This document shows positions 34,713-48,602 of a DNA stretch of 64,000 nucleotides, in pieces. The notes beneath the pieces were generated by a model. The model had not been told where the DNA came from and made no database searches. It saw only the letters and a program-made list of their open reading frames with translations. The DNA is from Fimicolochytrium jonesii (Eukaryota). The number at the start of each line of letters is the position of its first letter. Position 1 is the stretch's first letter. Where the stretch lies: contig NW_026515674.1 in NCBI RefSeq assembly GCF_025526975.1, forward strand, positions 744,001-808,000. The letters run 5' to 3'. A program made the position numbers and the translations under genes.

Positions 34713-37700
34713 CTATCGTAAATTATCAAATAACTTCCCTAACGCCCCGAACCTGTCCTTCTTCTTCCGCGCAGTCTCCGCTTGCTGCCCCTCATGAAAC
34801 AGCCGCGAGAGGTTGGGCGTCGATACAGATGAAAACTGGGTCCGGAAGAAGCCACTACTACTGCCTTTGCTAATGGACCCACTGATGCTCCCGCCCATAT
34901 CTTCGTGGTTCGACTCGCTCGAACGGCGCCCACCGCGCGGTGTCGACGGAGAGGTTGAGCCGCTATGGATGGATGGGAACTCGTATGGTGGAGATGAGGC
35001 CGATGGAAGGTTCGTGTTCAGTTGAGACATCGGAGGTGTGGTTGCACTTCGGATGGTCGTTCCATCTCCGCCAGAATTGTATGAGGAATGTGATGACATG
35101 CTATGAACTTGTTCTCGCTTGAAAGTGCTCGTCAGTAAAGAGACCGTTGATGCTGAGTGTCGGAGTGCGCCTGAAGATCGTCGGCGGAGCATGGGCGGCG
35201 TCACTTTGAGTCGACCTGCTCCAGATCCGTTGCGGATCAGGAGACTTGGCAGGTCGATGGCAAGAGGCGTTGCTACGATGGTGGGCAGACTCGGCGTACT
35301 GCCTGCTGCCGTTGGAGCTTCGTTTGGTTGTGCAGTAGACGTCGCTGGAGTCGGACGTAAGGTGGACAGGCCTAGTCTGGTGATGTCGTCAGCGTAGTTT
35401 TTGTTGAATACTAAACGTATGAAAGGAGTGTGAGCAATAAAACTTTCGAAGAGAGATGGGAAAGGAAAGCCAAAACTCACATCCGATGAGCTCTTCGTGC
35501 AGCGGCCTCATGGGCTTGGGAACGACGATGTCGTGCACCATCAAACAACGATGTATCGCTTCGACCTGCATTGATGAGATGAGTGACCAGTCCATATCGT
35601 GGCATAACTTGAAGGCAAAGGGAATCCAGCGCTTTACCTGTTCTTCAATCGCGCGTTCCAGAAGATTGACCAAAATGTCCTTTCCTTGATCCTCCGCTTG
35701 GGCTCTGTACTCTCTACTCAAGAATGCTCGTTTGTACATCGGAACTCCACCATTCACAGGTGCGTCAACTGCCCCGTTCAGAGCCATAGTAAATGGGTTG
35801 ACGCTGGGTATCTCAACACTGTTACGAGGCTGCACCAGAGCCGCAGCTGACAGGCTGCTACCGCCATTCTGTCCCAGACTCCCTTCTCCTGCACTCCGTG
35901 CTGCCACATAAGCACGCCGCGGCCCGAGATCGGAACTGTGTCGTAGCGGCTTCGACCCTACAGCGCCAGCGAAGGGAGCATATCGCTTCTCCAACTCGAG
36001 CAGCTGCCGTGTCTTGCCTCGCACGGCAATGACTGCGTTCTCGATGGGCGACAGCTCGAAGATTTCGACACGTACAACGGGGTTGCGGCGACTGAGGAAC
36101 GGGAACCTATCCTGCGTAACGAGGACAATCTTCTCCGTCCACAGTTCGAGGAATTCGCGGGCAGGGTCGCCAGGTGGTAGCGATGTCGATTCGTCGCTCA
36201 GGACTTTGCGTACCGGACGTGCAAAGGAGAACATGCCCACCTCATTGGACTCGTAGTACCCGCGAACTCGTTCGTCCACTTTTTCAAGCGCAACGGACGT
36301 CGTCGGCCCTCGTTGTAAGTCGGCGCCGCCACGGTATAGATTCAGATCGGGCTCCACAAGCGCGAGATTATTGTGATCGTCATCGCGTTCTTCGAAACTC
36401 GGCTTGGAGGAAATCTCATCATCGTCGGGATGTTTCTTCGCTTGCTCCCACTGGATGGCGCCTAGCGGTCCGCTGTTCTTTACAACTTGCCAATGCCGCA
36501 CATCCACAACGGGCTTGACGGCCGTCACTTGCAACCATATGCCTTCGCCTTCCGTTACTTCCACAGGCGGCGGGTAAGCGTTGCTTCGGGCGAGCTTGGC
36601 GCCGACATATTTCTGAAGGATCCGATCGCAGAAGGCGCCTAGTTTCTCCCAATCGCCTCCTCGATAGATGTACTGCCTGTTTCTGAGCGAGGGTGGACAT
36701 CCGACACCGTAAAAACCAACTCGGTAGTATTCCGGTTGCGACCTGGCGGTACCCGTAATACCGGCATACAAGTCAGCTTGACGATGGAGGATATCCGACA
36801 GCTTGGTGAACGAGAACGCGTTCCTCTCGTACTCTTTAGACAGTTCCCTACACAGCTCGATAGCACGCTCCCATGCCTGCCCATTCTCGAGCAGCTCCAT
36901 GCATCGGAGGTAGATCGCTTCCTTCCTTTCGAACTCCGTCTGCCATTCAGGGAAGCCGTACGCCGGTTCGGGCTCGAGAGTCGCCTCGCTACGCCACTCG
37001 AACAAGTCACCGTGGAGCTTGAGCGCCAAAGCCGCCTCGACAGGGTTGTTGTTCTCTAGCTGCATATCTACCAGCTTCTGCACGTACTCCACATATGTGC
37101 CCGTTCGTCCTGTGGAGCGTAGGAAGCGGAGGATGTTCAGCAATGCTTCAGCTCTTTCGTCGTCGTGCTGTTCGCCTGCGGGCAAATCCCTGATCTGAAG
37201 CGAGAGTTCCAGGAACTTGTCCAGACATCTCAAAAACGATCGACCCTGGTCCGTCAGCTCCCGGTCGTGCATCCCATCACCTTCTGTCAGCATCGACCTC
37301 GTCTCGAACCGCCTCTCGAGCGCATCAATGATGAAGCTACGGTAAGCGTCGTCGCCGAGTTTATCTTGCGTCACCATCATATGCAAGCGCTCAATGCATT
37401 CCAGTTCCACCCTGCCAAAGTGACCAACTTGTTCGAATTCCGGTTCGATCGTGTTGAATAGCAGCTCGACAGCGGCACTCCGTAGGACAGGATGCGGGGA
37501 TGCCGTCAAATGCAAGAACGGGCCCACCAGAGACGGAATAAACCCAGCTTGCAGCGCTTTGCCGCGAGCAGTCGACCCCAGATGCTCCCACATGGTCCGC
37601 AACATCTCTCCTCCTTCTCCACGAACATCTGCCCCAAGTCGATGTGCGACACGAGCACGCTGAGGACCGAACCGCTCGTTCTGTAACCACTGCGAGTTCA

Positions 37701-40700
37701 GCAGCTGCAGCAACAGATGGAAATATCTGTCCCACAACCGATGCAGGAGCGCTTGCGTCCCAGACCCGTCAGATCGCGTGCTCGGCCCTCCATTGTTGAA
37801 CGCCGTCCCGTGGGGCGTGACGCCAGTCTGGAAGCTTCGAGCACTGCTACGATAATCCATATTCGACACATCGCTTTCCGCAACACTGAAAACAACGCTG
37901 AGCCTGTTCCCGACCCCGTTCTCGTCGTCGTCTCGAGAATCAAGGAATTCGCCGCGGAGCAGCTCGCTGACAGGCCGAAGCATCCGCAGCGCAACTCGAT
38001 GGGTGATCATGTTCATTCCCACCCAGAACGGCGAGAAGGGCTCTTCCGAAATCATGTCGCCGAAGACTTCGCAGAGCAGTGATACAAAGCGCACGGTTTC
38101 CCGAGGTCCATTCTCAGCATAATACCGTAATAAATATGATTGCAGTTGCTCGTCTTTGAGGAGATGGACGATGGAGAGGATGATGGCGGCCAGGTATGCC
38201 AGATCGGTCGAACGAGGCAAGATCTTGTCTTTGTTCTGCCCTCCAAGGGTAGATCGGTTGGCTGGCCTGTCTCTGCGTCGAAGCCGGCCTTCGATCCCCA
38301 TCGAGCCGTCCAAATCTGACGTCAGAACGCGATAGATTTCCAGCAGACCCATGAGTAACTCTGCAATGGCATTTATCGCGGCACTGTGTTCCTCCAGACT
38401 TCCTGCTGGAGAAGCCGGCTCCGCCCGCAACTCCTTGTCCCGCTTCTCCGTTATCCGCTGAAGCCTATCGACCAATTCGCCGGTGATATCACAGCAAAGC
38501 TTAAGATTCTCCTGCTGTCCTTTCGCCGCGACACTTCCAGGCGCCTCGTTCTCGGTCCGCTGATGCGATAAAACCCACTCTTTGCCCCATTCCGTCACCC
38601 ATCTCGTAGCGCAGTTCGTCAGGATCCCTCTGGTCCTCGCGTCCGCGAACAAGGACCCCTTGACCAGGTCTCGAATGAGGATCAGCTTGTATCCCGTCAG
38701 CTTCGTCCGGTTGCCACGCACGCTATCGACGAACCATGCGGCCTTGTTGACTAGCTGCATAGGAGTGAAGATGCGCTGCAGCTCAGGCAGAACGCTCGAA
38801 AAGTACTGAAGCATCAGCGTTTGGGATCCAATGACGTGTTCTGGCGCCGTGACGGTCATCATCTCGTTAATTGATGAGAACAAGGAGTCCAGGCTATGAA
38901 GAAAGGTGACTGTAGGATTGATAAGCGTCTCGGAAGATTTTCCTGGCGCATCTGATACGGACCCATCGTCCAGGATATCGGAACCGTCTGGCTGAGCGCC
39001 GTCCTCGTCCACCGCCTCTTCCCCACTCAGTTGGTCACTCCGGATTGCGAATTTGAGAAGATACTTCCAGACTTTGATCGTAGTCCTGAGCTTCTTGCCT
39101 TTTCGGATATCGGCGGGATCTTTCACCAGGTTCTGAAGGTTGTGCATGATGACATTGCACGCCCTCTTGCTCCTAAACCGTCGGACGATGAATTTCTCAA
39201 TCGTCGGCCGGTGATTTGCAAATCGCTTATCCATGACGATTCCGAATGTAAAGACGAGTGCGTCAAATATCTGTGCATCGGTAGGCGTAGGCTCCGTCAG
39301 CGCTTCGCTGTCCATCATCCTGAAAAGCGCGTCCAAAATCTTCGGAAGGAATTTGATAATCTCCAACTCGCCGAGAAGAAGGTACTCCGACAAGATGCTC
39401 TCGATGTTGGTCTTCCTCGCGGTGTCCCCCGATTGCCACGTCAAAAGTTTATGCAAGCCTTCGTTCTGTGTGAGCCGCGTTGAGCATAGTCTGGTCCGGA
39501 TGACACATGAATCTTTCAACCCTGCCAATCTCGACATGGCTTCGGCTCCTGAACCGTACGCATCGGTCTTTGATAATGACGCCTGGAGTGTACCCGATGC
39601 GGCCGGATACTGAAGATACACGGCTGGAGAAGTAAATCGCTTGTCGTATTTGTAAAGCGCCAGAGAGTGCGAGGAATCGTTGACCACCGTCTGCCCATTC
39701 CGAACAAGTGGAAGGAACCCAAAGGCAAAGTTACGTTCCTGCCGTTCCTTCTCACCACCTTTATCATTTGAAGAGCAGTGCCTGAAGGTAAGGAACAGAT
39801 GCGCAGTTTTGAAGATTTCCGGAGCCAGATCGAGTCGAACGGTTTCTGACCACCGTGGGCTGGTGTTGTGATAGTACACCAACGAATCGTATATTCCTTC
39901 CGAGTCTCCGGTCCCACTGCTAAGACATCCCTCCACAAAATCGCCACCTGGCAGTCTGACTTGTAAGGTGACCTGTACATTTCGCACCGTAGGCTTCCGG
40001 CTCGTGGAGAAATCACCGGTGACAAGTGTGATATACATGCTATTCCTTTTGTCGCCAGGAACTATCACATCCGAAAAGCCGCTCCGTGGTGTTATCATTG
40101 CGTCAGTGAGGAATGGCGACTCGGCAGCCTGTAAGGCAGAGAGCTCGCTCTGCAGCAGGTTCAAAGAAATCGTCAGCGCTTCTCCTCGCGGGAACACGTC
40201 GTAACCTCCTGATTTGCTGATGATGTTTTCGTAGAGCGTCGAGAAGCTGCTTTCGGATGTGGGTGCGTAGATTCGCATGGATATCTCCTTCGATCGCTCG
40301 GAAGCCAACTTGATCCAGTCGCCTATTCGAATAACACTCCAGCCAAGCGGCCTGCGGTACGGTGTCAAAACGCCGCCTTGCGCAGCGACCAGACTCGGAA
40401 GGTCTATCGATGAAGAGGAGCTGCCCAACGACCCTATCCCCGAATTCGAACCGTGGGCTTTGTCTGCACGCTCTGTGTCTCTCTCCGACATTGTCATTTT
40501 GCCCACGCGGACTAAGCGGCAAAGTAGGAACACGTTGACATTGACATCTCGATGCGGGATATCCGCAAAGATCGTTTTGAGCTTCCCATTCCTCACATGC
40601 TTCGAAACCGGGATGCCGAAACTGTTGAGATGAACGACATATTCTTCCGACAGCATCCGCTTCTCGGTATGGTGGTATAATGAGAACCGGAGTTCAACAA

Positions 40701-41817
40701 ACTCGCCGACCAGACAAAAGGAGCCCGATGCTGACCGTAGCTCGAAGAAGATGCAGGTGAAGCGCGAAATGACCTCCTCAACATCGGCATATTGTGGAAT
40801 GCTGTTCGCGGCGGATACATCGGAAGACTCATCGCGATTTTTGTCATGCAGGCGCTTCTGGGCGTGAAGCATATGCATGCGGTATATATGCACAATTGTA
40901 GTGTTGCGTTCCGAGAGGATGTGACCCTTCTCAGGGTGTCTTATGACGAGATCAGAGCCCTGTAATGAGTTTCCTTCCTCCATGACAGCAATAAGCCGCT
41001 TCTTAAAGACGGCCAATTCTGATGGATCCAGAGTTTGTGAGAGCAATGTGCGGCGACCTTGTGAGAGGACATGGAACAGTTTGTGAACTCTTTTGAAGAC
41101 GTCGTACTGATGCGATTCCAATAGGGCGGTCAGCGAAGCACCCCAGTCCCGTAGGACTGCCGCGATTTCGTCCACCAGAATCTCCTTGTGACCAGCACTC
41201 GTATCATAATCCGGGCGGACGGCAGCGGGGATGGGATGTAGCACTCTCCGTGCGCCAACAGCAAACCCTGGTGCATATGACATAGGCCGAGCACTCCCCT
41301 CCATTCCCTGAATCGAAGAACCCGGCGATACGTGCGGCATAGGAGCCGTCGCCGTCCTCTGCAGTAGTGGTCGTCCGAAGGCGTCAAAGCCAACCTGGGC
41401 GGCTATCGCACTCGGAATGGCTGACGCGACAGCATTGCTGTTAGTATCGTCCGAGGAATCACTTTCAGAGGTAGCCTTTTTGGCTCTGAGGGCTCTCGAA
41501 TAGATGTGACTAGCAGGGAATACGCCGAGGTAGGTGCCAGCCTCCCTCGATAAAGTCGGAAAGACATAACCACGCAGCCAGCCGTCACAGCGCTCTAAGA
41601 TGTGAACAGCATCCCCAAGCTCCAAAGGAACAAGCTCCTCTAGTGTCACTGTACTCGTGCTAGTCGTTGGTATAGATGCGGTCGACGATGCCGTGCCGAT
41701 AGATAAAGTGGGTTTAGTGAATTGCTGCGTGGGAATGAAAGGGCATACTGCGACGCCGTGCGTTCCTTTCGGTAGAGGCTGCCATCCCGTCGCAGATGGA
41801 TGTTCCGAGTTTGCCAT
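34713..41817 (-). CDS. DOCK-family Rho/Rac guanine nucleotide exchange factor (SH3, DOCK_N, DHR-1 C2, DHR-2)
   Basis: WQPLP, LELGDAVHILE..GWLRG..GVFPASHI; RNSMYITL, YHNTSPRWSE; PEYYRVGFYG, LSPIENAV, LNGAVDAPVNGGV. One ~6.2-kb exon plus two 3' introns. Confidence 0.95.
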
Positions 41818-42605
41818 CACGTGCAGCTATAGGGTGATCCTCCGTGCAGTGGCAATACGTCAGTTGCCCAGAAACGGCGGGGGAACGTGGAAATCTCGGG
41901 TCCTCTGCGGGAAATGGGGCGCGCGTGTGAAGAGGGTCCAGAGGTTAACTTGAGAAAGCGAGCTGTCTAGCGCGATAATAGTTATGGGCCTTGACATGCG
42001 GATTGCTGAGCTTGATGCCTCGCACTTTGCCAGATGTCGGATCCGCACTCCCACAAAGAATTAAGCTTGCGAGTATATAGTCTGCCGACGAGAGCATGCG
42101 CTTTGACAATTGAACCCTTTGTGGCCTTCTCGCTCGAGGCTCGTCGAGTCTGGAATTGACTCATTTGAGCGTTGAGAGCCTTATCACTTACCACTTACTT
42201 GAATATTATTCTATGTCTCCCGCCGGAACCCATGCATGCATGACTCACATCCGGCTCCTTCCCACAGTCCAGGTTCTCGGACACACCCTTGAACCCCATG
42301 ACGCAACCGGACACGCCTGTGGCTCTGTTCGGACACTGCGCCCCCACGGGAGCGACTAAAGGCCTTCTCGCACTTGTCTCGCTTCCTTCGCGCAAGGAGA
42401 TACCGTACTGTACAGATGATACTGTGCATATCGAACTTATGCCCTCTCTTGCTGTTCCCACGGCGGCTCCTCCTTATTATTCTCGCACGACCGTCCTCGT
42501 CTGAAAGCACTATTACGCCGGAAAAAAGCTTTCACTTTCCGGGCACTTTCCCACCGTCAAAACGCGGAGTCCCTTACCGTCTCTCACAAGCAGTCGGTAG
42601 TTACA

Positions 42606-45600
42606 ATGGTAAACCACAGCGAAGGCGACGGTGCGCAAACGGGCTCTGCGTCGGCCATAACCGTCGCCGTTCGCGTGCGGCCTTTCTCTGCCCTGCCAGC
42701 AGGTAGTGGGAGGGCGCGATCTCCGTCTGCCTCTTCACTTCTCCAAGTGCCCACCGAAGCCGAACCATCATCCTCCTCTGTCAGAAAGATTGTGAATGTC
42801 ATTGACGAGCAGGTTCTTGTCTTCGGTCAGTGAGGCTCCTTCTAGCGGTACGGCTTCACGCTGCCAAGGCTCACAACGCTGAACTCTCCTATGTTTAGAC
42901 CCTGCTGACGCGAGTTTCCGCAAACGGCGGCGAACCTACGTTCACGGCGCCCACCGCAACAAAGAAGTTCAGTACGCCTTCGATCGGGTTTTCGGCGAGT
43001 CTGCGAGCCAGGACGATGTCTACAAAGGAACTGCAAAACCGTTGATCGATGGCGTCCTGGACGGTTACAACTCTACGGTTTTCGCTTACGGCGCAACAGG
43101 ATGTGGGAAAACCCATACTATCACCGGCACACCTGAGGATCCTGGTATCATCTTCTTGACTATGCGAGAGTTGTTTGCTCGGATTGATGAGGCATCCACT
43201 CAGTTGCATATTGAAACCAGCGTTTCATACCTGGAGGTCTACAATGAGGCCATAAAAGACTTGCTGAAGCCGACATCCACCGAGTCGCTGGACCTGCGAG
43301 AGGATGACAGCAATAGCAGAGTTGTGGTGGCGGGCTTGAGCGAGCACAAGCCAAGAGACGTCGACCACGTGATGGATTTGATGATAACAGGAAACAACAA
43401 CAGAACGAAGGCCCCGACGGAAGCCAATGCTGTGAGCTCGAGGAGCCACGCGGTCCTGCAAATACATGTCCGTTTAAAGGACAAAGCGGCCGGGATAAAC
43501 AGTACCATTAAAACCGCGACTTTAAGCATCATCGATCTGGCTGGGAGCGAGGTACGATTCGATTCTCATGGACGACCGGAAGATTGAGCGAGACACGGAA
43601 CTATTTTGCCCTTTGCAGCGTGCATCAGTTACCAAGAATTCAGGACAGCGGTTATTGGAGGGAGCAAATATCAACAGGTACGTTCCTTTCCACGCAAATG
43701 ATCATCAGACGAGACGACCTCATTCAGCATTCACTGCGATTCCAGATCTCTTTTGGCCCTGGGAAACTGCATAAACGCATTATGCAGCGACCGTCCGAAC
43801 CACATTCCATATCGGTAGGCTTGGCGGCTGATTCCCTGTCCTATCCCGTCCCGTAAGCCATACTGATTATCCTCAATCCCAGAGATTCGAAATTAACGCG
43901 ACTGCTCAAATACTCACTGGGAGGAAACTGCCGCGTTGTGATGATTGCTGCGATCAGCGCATCCAGTGTGCATTATGAAGATACCCATAACACCCTCAAG
44001 TACGCCAATCGCGCAAAAAATATCAAAACGAAAGTTGAGCAGAACACCATTGATGTGGCCGCCCACATGGCGCAGTACCCGAAAATTATTAGCGAACTGC
44101 AGGCGGAAGTTCAAGACTTGCGGGATCAACTACTCGGACGGCAGGAGCAGGACTTACTGCATGAGAAACTTGGAGGCAGGCAACCGGTGAGCGTGCCAAT
44201 TGTCGTAGCGGAACAGACGTCGAGCGCGGACACCGGCATGAGAGCGGACGCCTTCGAAATGCTTCTAGCCAAAGTGCGGAAGATATTCTCAAAGCTGGAA
44301 TCGAAAGAAGACGAAAAAGCCGATGGGCTTGCCGAGGTCGATAAGAATGAGCGAAGATTAGGGATGCTGAGGGCCACTATGGCAGCACTCATTAGTCAAG
44401 ATGCGAGTGCCTCATCGACAGGGCACGCGGCAAACATACTCCCGTACGCCGAAACACTACGCAACATGATCGAAGCAATCCATAGCGCCAACGTCTCCTT
44501 GAGACATAACGCCAACCAAGCGCGAATAGGTATCCTTGGTTACAACGAAGAGATCAACAAGATGGCAGCAGATACGAGCTCCCGTCCGCGGAAGCGACTG
44601 GCTCCATCACAGCGTGAACGCCTACGAGTGGAGATTCAGTTGCTCAAACTGGCCTCGCAGAATCGATCGCTGGCGCGACAGGTCGAGACGTGCCAACGGG
44701 CTCTGGAAGCTGAAGCTGACGCTTTCCAGAAGTGTTTGACGAAGATGGGAGAGTGTTTGAGAGAACTGCAGAGTGTGACCGGACGTGCAAGGGACGAGGA
44801 TTTGTTGGGCGAGGAGGTCGTTACGCTCGTCGAAGCAACGATGCAAAAACTTTCTGTGTCGCTCCTGCCCATTGAAGTCGAGAGTCATTTCAAGGAAGGA
44901 TACGAACAAAAGAGTTTGGATGTCGTGGAGGTGAATTGGGACTCCTGCTCCGAGGCATCCGACTTTTCCGACATGTCGACTATATCCCAAAGCGATGGAA
45001 ATGAGAGTGATGGTGGCGATGGGGGGTGGGCAGGAGGAGATATCCTTACAAGCGATCTTCTGGCCACGCATCTAGGCGGGAAAGCTCCGCCGAGCAACGA
45101 GATTGCGATTGCCGCGGAGCCAGGAGATACCTTGTCACCTCCACGGCACGGAGGCACACCTGAGCCGTGCTCGCCCGTGGACGAACCCGCATCGCCCGCC
45201 ACAGCGTGTCCAAACACCGCCATCAAAGTTACACGACCATCCAAAGTCACTTTCCAGGAAGATAGGTTGGGAACGCCAACTAGATCGCCGGAGCAGCGGC
45301 CGGCTTCCAGATCACCATCATCGCCCATCCCTGTTCCTGGCAGCCAGACGTACAAACGACAGGCAAGCCCACGAGCAGACTCACCCTCCAAAAAGGCCCG
45401 ATCGGACGAAGAACGGGAGGTAGACGCGGACGCGACGCCCATGCCGAATAGAGCATCCACCATGCGGAAGGGCATGGAAGGCGTGCGGCCCCCTCGCGCA
45501 CCTGATTTCGGGGCCGGCTGCGCAATTCAATCTCCTTCGAAAGCAACCCAGACAGAGGCCATTGAGGAAGCAGATGCAAAGCCGCTGCGACGATCGCAAC

Positions 45601-46265
45601 GCCGCGTGGCTAGACAGTCGTTGCTACCCGTGATGTCGAAACTCATTGGAGAGGATGTGCAGCGCAGACAGAGTGCGTTGCCGAGACGGACGGCGTTAGG
45701 CCCCGATAATATTACTCCGCGCGGTTCGCTTTCTTCTGCGCCTGGTTTCCGACCGTCAAGACTTTCCAGTGCGGGTGTTGGGGCTTTGGATAAGAATGCA
45801 GGAGGCAAGGACGAATTTACATCCCGCGGAAAGCCAACAAAGACCTACGCGACACGCCGACGAAGCGTCGCTGTCTCCCCACGCACGATCCAGAGAGTCG
45901 AGGAAGAAGATTCCGACCACGAAGACGAGAACGTCACCACGAAAGCAAACAGCAGACGAAACGCCCTCACAACAACCACCGACACTTCTCGACACGCTAG
46001 CAGCACAACCAAAAGCAGCATCAGCACCCTCGCGTCACGCCGCAGAACTATGGCTCTATCCCGTCCGGTTGCGGAAGACGATGATGGTGCCGTGGGTAGG
46101 AAACGGCGAGCGAGTGTGATTCCGGCTGCTACGCCTTTGAGTGGTGCTGGTGTGGGGGCGAAATCGACGGTTAGGAGGTCGTTGAGGGTGGCGTCGGCGT
46201 CGTTAGGGACAGGGGTGGTTGGGGGTGGGGAGGAAACGCCGGGTGGGAAGCCGAAATGGAAATGA
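42606..46265 (+). CDS. KIP3: Kinesin-8 family motor (Kip3-like), 5 exons
   Basis: [78 protein letters not shown]; coiled coil and basic disordered tail. Confidence 0.93.
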
Positions 46266-46564
46266 GACGAGGGCTGTGCGTGACCGTATTCGCTCTGGCG
46301 GTAGATCGTGGTGGTAGCTGATTGAGTGAAGACACTTGGGTGTGGAACATTGTCCGATGTACTTTGGAGATTCAAGACATGGCAAGAACTTTTTTAAGAT
46401 TGTAATGAAGGTCGATTACGCGTTGTAGCAAATAAAATGTTAAGTGAATGGGTCCGGATGTGAAGGAAGATTGTGGTGTAATTTGATGGGCATGTACATA
46501 TGCTCTACTCTTCGCAAAGGTCTAAAAGATCTCTGAGCACTACTTTATACGCCGTCCTTATACA

Positions 46565-47785
46565 CTATAGCTCTAAACGCAAACTGTCCGAAAGTAGTGT
46601 TTCGTCTAAACAATACACAATACAGTTGCTCGGCGCAGGCTTGCCCGAGAACCGATCTTGGATCCGCCCAGGCAATTGCGCCGCCAACGGAACAGTACCA
46701 ATGTGGTCGACCCCGTCATACTCGAATAATTGAACCGCTGATCCAGCAGCGCAAAGGTTGCCAAACTCCTTCTCGGTAAACGCAACCGGCACCTGTTGAT
46801 TCGGCCTTCCCTTGATAGATCACGAAACGCATGTTACCCTTAGGCCGGAAGTCGTCAACCGTCGTCGTGGCATTCAACCAGCTCGATCCTGGCTCCCGTC
46901 ACGTACGGATCCTTGAGGGCCGCGCCAGTGTTCCAAATATCAAAGCATCCGCCCGCCAGATTGGTGAGAAGCTCCATAGCATCTGGCTTCAGGAAATCGC
47001 GGTACCGAAGGTCGGGGAGGTAAGCCTTGATTCCCGGCAGGGTAGAGATCACATAACCGGCACTAGAATCAACCTGCATTAATCAACCTGCATCGGATTT
47101 AACGTCAACCCCCTAATGCGGAACAGCAGGCGCAATCAACCCCGTGCCAACATCCTTGAAACTCCGGCACGTAAGCCCCCGCGACGCTCTCGGCCCGCAT
47201 CGTAGTCAGCCCGCCCTACGACCACCCATACATCGCAAACCGTTTCGTCGCCCTAGCCTGCGGGGACTTCTGCGCAACCCACAACATCACTCAAGAGAGG
47301 CGCGCGCGTTGAGCTGGCCGGCCATGGACATTGCGTTGCCGAGCAGTCCCAACCCGGGATAGTCGCTGGCTACCACCACGTACCCCTTCCCGAGCAGGGC
47401 GCCGATGGCCGGGACACGTTCGTGCCCGGCTTCCTGGTTGCTCCGACGTGTAGGCGCGCAAGCATCGGCGAGGCCGGCCGTCTCGTGGTTCCAGAGGACA
47501 ATGGTGCGTTTGGCACGTTGCGGTTTGAGCGGGGTATAAATCTCGCCGGAGACGTAGGCGGACTGGGTGGAGCGGATGGAGTGACGTAGATGACTTCCAA
47601 ACTTGAGAGCCGGGGGGTGCGTCAGTGCGTGTTTTCGATGTTGAGGCCAGCAAGCGCTGAGCAAGCGTTCCCGTCGCGAGGCTGTCTCGGCCGAAGCTGA
47701 CGAGGCGATCGCGCATGTTAGCACTGTATGACATTAGCGAAGAGTATGATTAGCAAGATTGGGTGAAGCTCTGACGCCGCGACAT
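46565..47785 (-). pseudogene. Disrupted secretory lipase (LIP-family alpha/beta hydrolase)
   Basis: Fragments in different frames: VSGEIYTP..WNHETAGLADACAPT, GYVVVASDYPGLG, MYGGS*GG (TAG at 47218-47216), NLCAAGSAV..YDGVDH. Several stops and frameshifts; boundaries approximate. Confidence 0.75.
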
Positions 47786-48602
47786 GAAGGAAAGCCGGAT
47801 GCTATCCGCCGTGGCTTTTTATAAGGCTCCATCAGCCTCGATTTCCCGAGACATGTTGCTACCATCGGTTCTATGGTAAGAGCTATTGCAGCCGGCCTGT
47901 TGGACGCCTACAGATAGATATGGCCCTCTTCAGACCAGTCTTCAGACAGAAAAGGTGAACAGCTTCCAAGTTTTTGCGACGCGTTACAAGAGTTCCGTTA
48001 TCCGTGACAGGGAGATGGGAATACCGTGACTGCTGCGTAACCCACCTCAACCGTGCGTCCGTGACACCTGCGCTTGGGAAGTTAATTGTTGGCTGGCAGT
48101 GGCCACCTGTTCGGAGGCTCCGAGTCAAAGAGCCTGGCTGCATGAGTTTGACAGTGTACAGTATTCTGTCAACGGGACGAGAGAAGGAAGACCGCGGGAC
48201 CTGACTCCTGAGCGCTCTTCTCGGATTTGATGCTCCCGCCTGCGGTTCGTGTCCCTACCCTGCGCGCGGGAGGTCTGATTCGCGCAGAAAGGATGCAAAT
48301 CGAAACCCAAGGGTTCAATGGTCAAATCAAAGGTCGACCGATGATCATGATTCATGGGGGCTACTCTCAATGCTTCATAAGCCCGTACCATACCCACGTA
48401 CGATTCCCAAAATGCCCTATGACCTCCGGAAACAACGGGGGCAGGAAGGCTTTGCGGCACTCAGATGGTAATATGTATTTGTGTAAAGAACAAGGGGTTG
48501 GGGTATAGGTACAAAAATGGTTTGATGGAGGCTGCTACGACCGCCCACAGAAAGGACAGGCAACTCAAGGCTATCCGGTTCCGGGCTTCGGGCTTTGTGA
48601 GT

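Noticed and set aside
44529..45050. GTATCCTT and ATATCCTT U12-like donor strings
   Set aside because: Both lie inside the continuous kinesin ORF, with no need for an intron and no matching branch site.
47216..47290. In-frame TAG/TGA in the lipase as recoding or an alternative genetic code
   Set aside because: Accompanied by frameshifts, and intact genes in the window use TAG, TGA and TAA as stops.
47883..48508. Short ORFs next to the lipase pseudogene as a possible transposon relic
   Set aside because: No transposase or RT motifs, terminal repeats or target-site duplication seen.
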